This document shows positions 58,178 through 64,000 of a stretch of 64,000 nucleotides of DNA, in pieces. The notes beneath the pieces are model-generated. The model made no database searches and was not told the origin of the DNA. It saw only the letters and a list, made by a program, of their open reading frames with translations. Origin of the DNA: Picochlorum sp. SENEW3 (lineage: Eukaryota). The position numbers and the translations under genes were made by a program. Position 1 is the first letter of the stretch. Each line of letters opens with the position of its first letter. The stretch lies in NCBI GenBank assembly GCA_034226945.1, contig CP120453.1, forward strand, positions 1,116,001 through 1,180,000, read 5' to 3'.

Positions 58178-58753
58178 CTATGCAGTAAAGTTGACATTTC
58201 CTGCCATAATAATACCCACAATAACTCCAAACAAGCCCAGCGCACTTGCAAAAATCTCTACAATCAATATTTTCACAAACAGTGTGGAATTTGCCGCATC
58301 AGACAAAGCTGCACTGGATCCTACAATCCCAACACTTAATCCACAAGCTAAATTCGCAAACCCAGCAGTCAACCCTGCCCCTAGCACCGCAAACCCAGAA
58401 TTATATGTAGCCAGAGAATTGGCATCTTCCTTCGAGACAGCATCCGTCTTGGTATTCAGAATAATCGCAACAATCACGCCATAAATAGCTACTGCTTCAC
58501 AGAAAATAATACTAATGAGATTTTTAGACGTGATTCGAGGCTCTCGAATCCCAGCTCCGACTAAACTGCTGCCAGTGATGAACATGCCCCACGCTGCCCC
58601 AATTACTGATAATCCTACACACAGTCCTACCCCTAATGCTGCCCAGTAATATGGAGAGATGTTTTGAAATAACCAGATCAACCACTGAATGTCTAAAAAC
58701 CAGGGCAGGTCTGAGCCCGAGTAGGTATCTGTTTCATTCCCTTGATACGGCAT
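58178..58753 (-). CDS. VMA16: V-ATPase proteolipid subunit c''
   Basis: [31 protein letters not shown]. Confidence 0.95.
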   Translation of the reverse strand: MPYQGNETDTYSGSDLPWFLDIQWLIWLFQNISPYYWAALGVGLCVGLSVIGAAWGMFITGSSLVGAGIREPRITSKNLISIIFCEAVAIYGVIVAIILNTKTDAVSKEDANSLATYNSGFAVLGAGLTAGFANLACGLSVGIVGSSAALSDAANSTLFVKILIVEIFASALGLFGVIVGIIMAGNVNFTA

Positions 58754-59103
58754 AGTTAGGGAATAGATATCACTATCACTGCTATACCCTTATCTAATTT
58801 TACGTATAGACTTAAAAAAAGGCGATGAATACGACTGGTTGGGATCAGATGTATCTGTAGACTCCAGAAATACAGAATTCTCTCTGTAAATAGAACATTA
58901 GATATGATCATAATCATAGTCCTTCGCAATGGGCTATTTTGGTTCATGCATGTGGCAGAAGATGATATACTTGAATTTCCTTGTTGTGTAACCACGTTGA
59001 CATTGGAATGCCAATCGACAATGGTGGTATCGGGGGAATGGAAACCATGACAACTTTTTGAGTTTTTCCTTCATTCTGCGCTTGGATTGCTACGACAGTA
59101 ACA

Positions 59104-62100
59104 ATGGTGTATTTTGCATATGGATTTCCCAGTTCATTCAGGCTGGAGAGCGAAGCTGAAGTTGGAGGACAAGATCCAGAAGCTCTTGGTAAGGCTGATA
59201 CTCCAGGGGACGTTTCCACGACACGCCTGGTGTCCATGGGGTGGCCAGATAAAACGGATGATGATGTCGCTGTGCTGGTGACTACTCGAACGGTACAAGT
59301 GTGGAGTGGGGGGCAGAGCAGAGTCAAGCTTGGGGAGAGCAATGTGCCACTGCATACTGGTGACCAACTGGCAAAGGCCTTGTGCTGTGGAGAGAAGAGC
59401 AGGGTGGCTGTTGTGAGTGAGCAAGGATCATTAATGGTGTTTGAGTATCGTTCTGGGGATGTGATGGAGTGGTCAGTGGAATTGGAGAGTCCTTTGCATG
59501 CGTATGAGATTGTTCTTGTGCATCAGGAGTTGCTTGTGCAGACTGACGGAGCCTCAGAGGAAGGTGTTGTGGATATATGCGGGGATGGTGATGTATTTGC
59601 AGTTGTGTTCCCTTCAGGGGATTTTCAGACGTATGATTGGTTCGGAAGATTGATTCATCGGCATTCTCCTTTGGAGAATAACAGTTTAATACGCTATCTG
59701 AAGGAATTTGGAGTGAGTGCCATGTCCTCAATCGTATGCGTGGATTATTGTGCGGCAAGGAGGCTTGTTGCGATGGGGTTTGATAATGGAATTGTACTGC
59801 TTGTTCATACTGTTTTGGATGAGGATATGATGGGAGAAAACATGGGGCAACGGGGTCTGTATAAAGTGGTATATGTGCCAAAGAAGAAGGAGGATGGTGG
59901 CGCATGTATTCTCTCGTTTCATCCAAAAGGGCAATATCTTGCTGTTGGTGTACACGCGGCGGATGTTGTGCTGGTGCATTTGGCACACGTGTTTGAAATG
60001 AAGGGTGACAATGATGTGTCTGGAAAGAATGTTGATGATGTCATGCACCAAGCCATCGCTGCGGATGTTGGATTGGAATCAAAAGTGCTTTCGCTGACAG
60101 GGTGGGGTCATCGGAGAAAGGAATTAGGCAAGGTATCATCGCTGGCGTGGTCTCCAGATGGAAAAGTACTTGCTGTCGGAAATAGAATTCGAGGTTTGAC
60201 AGTGTGGACCACCCGAGGGTGTAAGATTCTTTGTACGATACCCTCGACGTATAGGGATACTGCATTGCTTGGTGGAATGTCACCGAGGTTGTTGGAGACG
60301 TCATTCTCATCATCTCCGAATGTTCCAACTCCGCGCATGGAATCGAAAGAGTCTCCAGCTGTTCGAAAGAAAACTGAGGATACTGACGTTGGTGCTATTG
60401 GAGATGATGGTGTTGTGTATATGATTTGGTCTGTGGACGGAGGACATTTGCTAGTCCACGAGGCTGGATCTGATGTGTTCCATGACTTGACATTTGCCCA
60501 CTGTTGTGACAGCCACGTTATACGGACATCGAATGCGCCGTTTTGCCGCAGTACCACGAGACTTCCAGATTCTGGAGTGGCAAATTTCTTCCTAATTGGC
60601 TCTGATAGATTGTTACTGATCACACCATCGGCCCATCTTTCCTCCGAGCCAGGCAGGAAAGATGGTGAAAAAGATGTACCAGATCTCGTAGTTCAGCACG
60701 TGCGCGTTCCACAGCAATACTTGGATACAGGGTTTTCTTTGAAGTTAGCTAGTTTGAATCCCTCGGGTACAGATATAGTGGTATCTGGAAGCCAGGGAGC
60801 ATGTGTATATCACGTCCTTCAGAAGAAATGGAGGGTATTTGGTGATGTGACGCAGGACAAAGCAATTCATGCCTGGCATCTTGGGTGGATACATGATGAT
60901 ATTCTGGTCATCTGTGCAACTGTACAGGGTGCAAGAAATTCGCGACTACCAAATTCCAAGGCTGCATTATACTATTTTCCAAAACATTATTTGGATGCAT
61001 CGTCACTGCTTGGGTTCACCGAACTCGATGATATTCCCATTTTATTTGATTGCTCAAATGGGCGTTTGTCTTTATTGTTCAAGTCTGGAAAGGTGCAAGT
61101 AATGAATCATCGAGTCGAAAGCACCCGTGATCATCAGAATAATGTGCACAGTCTTGATGTGGAAGTTGAGTATGAGTTTGAGACAGAGGAGCGGTTAAGA
61201 ACTCCTTTGCAATCCATGACTGTCATGAACAAGAGCAACAATCACGGACTATGGTGCGTCATATTATCTGAATCTGGCGACCTGTGGTGCCTTGATTTGG
61301 AAACAAAAGAATACATTGCGCTCGCTGACAACATAGACTACTTCTGGGTACCTCACCTATGTGACGAAAAGCGCCAGGATGTCTTCCCAAGGAACATTGA
61401 AATTCCCTGGTGGACATATGGAGAAGGTGGGATGAAACTGTGGTTTGATACGCAGATGTTAGATTCTGGGGAACACTTCTCTGATGGCGATCCAGAACTC
61501 GGCTTTGATCCAGAAGTATTGCCCATTGGAGTATCATTGGAGGAAGTATCGATAGTTGGATTAATGCATCGAGTACATAGAAAGTATACTTACTTTTCAG
61601 GCGGTGTATCCACTGAATTTACGCCGTTGCCAGAGAGCCAGCCCGTATTGGCGTGTATGCTTCGCCGATTGCTTCGTAAGGATAGGTTCAAAGATGCCCT
61701 GGCCCTTGCAGACATGTATTCGCATCGCCCACATTTTTCAAGATCTTTAGAATGGCTTTTGTTTACTGCATTAGATGCGAATGAAAACCAACAGATCAAG
61801 AATGGTTTGGACAAAAATGATGCTGGATCTGATTTGTTGAAAAGTGCAGAACTGTTGTCCCACTTTCCACAATCAGCAGAGTTGGTGGTCTCTGTGGCTA
61901 GGAAAACAGAAGCTGAATTGTGGCCACCTTTGTTCCAGGCATCCGGATCTCCAATAACTTTGAGTGAAAACCTGTTGCGAGATGGTGCCTTGGAGAACGC
62001 AGCTTGCTGCCTTTTGATCATTAATGAAGTGTTTGGTCAATCTGAGGCATCATCCATGGCACTAAAAATCCTCAAAAGTGCCCTTTCTGTATCACAGTAT

Positions 62101-62862
62101 ACATTGTCTGCTGATTTATTGCGATTCTTGGCTCCCGATCAAGACATTGAAGCGCATCAGGAAACAACTAGGAAAAGCAATGTTCAAGCCAACTCTGATA
62201 AAGGCCCAGGCTATCTTGGATGGCTGTGGCAATTGGTCGCCCCCACCGAGGCTCCTACTGGAAATAAAATGCCCATTGAAAATTCGACGGGCATCGATGA
62301 CACAACTGAAGATATTGGGATGGAGAGGACATTGCACGAATCTTGGAAAATTTCCACAGATGATCCAAAATATCTCGATCCCCCTATAGATGCATGGAGG
62401 ACTTTGGCAAGGCAGGCATGGAGACTCCTTGACTCTGGAAATATCAAAGAACTGGCTGTATTTGACAAGGCAATGAAGGGCTTATTTGGTGGACTGAGTG
62501 CGCTCTTTAAGACGACAAAGTCCCTACACCCGACCTCTCTTGGTCACACAACTCCCTCATCATCCATGATTGCCTCGGCTCTTTTTGTTGTTAGCAACGA
62601 GCTCGCCTCGGCACAGAACGAGCTAGAGCTCATTCCAGATTTACTGCAGTCACTTTTAGATTCAGGGAACATCAATTACGCAATTGCGCTGGCTATAGTT
62701 GCGAATGAACATGCCGTGACCACCAAATTCTGTGCAGAGAACAAAAAGGTGTGGGAATCTCTTGCCACACTCATTGCCAATGATGTCCATCTTTGCGCAT
62801 TCACAAGTGTTCTCCAATCAGCAGCTCTGCCTCATTCCCTTGCAAGGACATTCACAATCTAA
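59104..62862 (+). CDS. RIC1: RIC1 (Rab6/Ypt6 GEF subunit)
   Basis: YFAYGFP start, WD-like repeats, WRVFGD..Q, LEWLLF, VVSVARKTE..LW..LF. Confidence 0.9.
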   Translation: MVYFAYGFPSSFRLESEAEVGGQDPEALGKADTPGDVSTTRLVSMGWPDKTDDDVAVLVTTRTVQVWSGGQSRVKLGESNVPLHTGDQLAKALCCGEKSRVAVVSEQGSLMVFEYRSGDVMEWSVELESPLHAYEIVLVHQELLVQTDGASEEGVVDICGDGDVFAVVFPSGDFQTYDWFGRLIHRHSPLENNSLIRYLKEFGVSAMSSIVCVDYCAARRLVAMGFDNGIVLLVHTVLDEDMMGENMGQRGLYKVVYVPKKKEDGGACILSFHPKGQYLAVGVHAADVVLVHLAHVFEMKGDNDVSGKNVDDVMHQAIAADVGLESKVLSLTGWGHRRKELGKVSSLAWSPDGKVLAVGNRIRGLTVWTTRGCKILCTIPSTYRDTALLGGMSPRLLETSFSSSPNVPTPRMESKESPAVRKKTEDTDVGAIGDDGVVYMIWSVDGGHLLVHEAGSDVFHDLTFAHCCDSHVIRTSNAPFCRSTTRLPDSGVANFFLIGSDRLLLITPSAHLSSEPGRKDGEKDVPDLVVQHVRVPQQYLDTGFSLKLASLNPSGTDIVVSGSQGACVYHVLQKKWRVFGDVTQDKAIHAWHLGWIHDDILVICATVQGARNSRLPNSKAALYYFPKHYLDASSLLGFTELDDIPILFDCSNGRLSLLFKSGKVQVMNHRVESTRDHQNNVHSLDVEVEYEFETEERLRTPLQSMTVMNKSNNHGLWCVILSESGDLWCLDLETKEYIALADNIDYFWVPHLCDEKRQDVFPRNIEIPWWTYGEGGMKLWFDTQMLDSGEHFSDGDPELGFDPEVLPIGVSLEEVSIVGLMHRVHRKYTYFSGGVSTEFTPLPESQPVLACMLRRLLRKDRFKDALALADMYSHRPHFSRSLEWLLFTALDANENQQIKNGLDKNDAGSDLLKSAELLSHFPQSAELVVSVARKTEAELWPPLFQASGSPITLSENLLRDGALENAACCLLIINEVFGQSEASSMALKILKSALSVSQYTLSADLLRFLAPDQDIEAHQETTRKSNVQANSDKGPGYLGWLWQLVAPTEAPTGNKMPIENSTGIDDTTEDIGMERTLHESWKISTDDPKYLDPPIDAWRTLARQAWRLLDSGNIKELAVFDKAMKGLFGGLSALFKTTKSLHPTSLGHTTPSSSMIASALFVVSNELASAQNELELIPDLLQSLLDSGNINYAIALAIVANEHAVTTKFCAENKKVWESLATLIANDVHLCAFTSVLQSAALPHSLARTFTI

Positions 62863-63218
62863 AAGCAATACTTCAAATGTAGATAGATAGAGTGTCTTAC
62901 ACAAAATGTAAAAATTGAGCGTTTTCTGAATAGCATGAAAATGTTTCAGCTCTTTCTCAGGGACAACAGATTATGCCAGGATGCTGACAACAATCCTGCA
63001 GATGTGAAAATTCCCTCGTTCCAGTTTTCTGATTTCTCCTTGCATCCATTTTGCTTTAACAAGTCCCCGATATCAAACATGGATCATTTCTTTCCTTCTT
63101 CAAAAATTTAAAACCATCTTGAAAATGTATGGCTTGACCAAGCATGTCCTCTGCTTGGTGCACAGATTGCATGCGTTTCTGTAAAGTAAAGCGTTGACAA
63201 ACAGATGCATTCGTAATT

Positions 63219-64000
63219 TTATACACGCGTTCCATCTGGTATTACTGCATGCTTCAATATGACCACGATTCCATCCTGTATCATGTATCCCTTCTCTGAG
63301 CAGTCAGCCTCTTGAACACCTCTCTCGTTGGTAATAACACTGTTATCACCAATATAGGCATTTTCGTCCACAATACATCCTTTGAGTGTAACGTTCTGGC
63401 CGACACCGAATATTGGCTCTCCATCCTTTTTGGCTTGTTGTCTCAAATCTTCATTCATCCACATCGGACTCCCCAGCACAAGCGTGTCTTCAACAACAGA
63501 ACCCTCGCCAATCAGGACACGTTCACCAATAATACTATTCCTCACATAGCAGTCAACCAGGACGCATCCGTCCCCAAGGATTGACTCATCAACGTGGACA
63601 GTTCCCTGGAGTCTGGCAGGAGGCAGCATCTTTCCTCTTGTAGAAACAGACCCATCAACCTCGAAAAACTTTATTGGCGCATCTTGTGATGTCAGAGCCA
63701 AATTTGCATCATAATAGTCTTTCAATGTCGAGACGTCCTGCCAGTAACCTTGGTGTTCATACGTGTAAACTCTCTGATTTTTTGCCAGTGCTGTAGGTAT
63801 GACATGGTGACCAACATGCGTCATATGCTCAGCTTTTGCAGGATCCAATAAATTGAACAACGCTTCTCTCTTGAACACATACACACCCATATTCACCAAA
63901 ATCTCACCATCTTTTTGCTCGTGAGCAGCCGATGCAAGTGACGCATCATCAGGCTTCTCATGGAACCCAGTGACACGCCCAAACTGATCTGCAGACAGCA
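63219..64000 (-). CDS. ADP-glucose pyrophosphorylase subunit-like, 3' part (5' end beyond window)
   Basis: FHEKP, NMGVYVF, GYWQDV, YYDANL, LPP, GY.IQDGIVVI. Confidence 0.85.
   Translation of the reverse strand, partial: LSADQFGRVTGFHEKPDDASLASAAHEQKDGEILVNMGVYVFKREALFNLLDPAKAEHMTHVGHHVIPTALAKNQRVYTYEHQGYWQDVSTLKDYYDANLALTSQDAPIKFFEVDGSVSTRGKMLPPARLQGTVHVDESILGDGCVLVDCYVRNSIIGERVLIGEGSVVEDTLVLGSPMWMNEDLRQQAKKDGEPIFGVGQNVTLKGCIVDENAYIGDNSVITNERGVQEADCSEKGYMIQDGIVVILKHAVIPDGTRV

Noticed and set aside
35750..58753. V-ATPase G and c'' as a functional cluster
   Set aside because: 22 kb and many unrelated genes apart; compatible with chance

Overview
Very gene-dense eukaryotic nuclear DNA with about 35 genes, few short GT-AG introns and tiny intergenic gaps. 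Plastid-targeted products (THI4, PRPS5, adenylosuccinate synthetase, AGPase) together with eEF3 point to a compact-genome green alga; a Picochlorum-like trebouxiophyte is my inference. Most genes are housekeeping. Five items stand out. (1) A head-to-head thiamine locus pairs THI4 with a single spliced ~1096-aa TenA-HAD-ThiD-ThiE fusion (TH2+TH1). The fusion is joined by an unusually long, structured intron, and the shared promoter has a triplicated ATTTGTCACA motif. No canonical TPP riboswitch is visible. (2) The PI4K-gamma 5' leader holds a peptide uORF ending RIEFRGYCLLE*, which resembles a land-plant conserved uORF as I recall it. It has no AUG of its own and follows an in-frame UGA. (3) A torsin-like ATPase and a CPR5-like nucleoporin form a divergent pair. 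(4) There are several candidate structured RNAs and hairpin-rich introns. (5) A mosaic secreted proline-rich protein is present. Splice models and RNA folds were derived by eye; family calls rest on motif recognition, not database searches.
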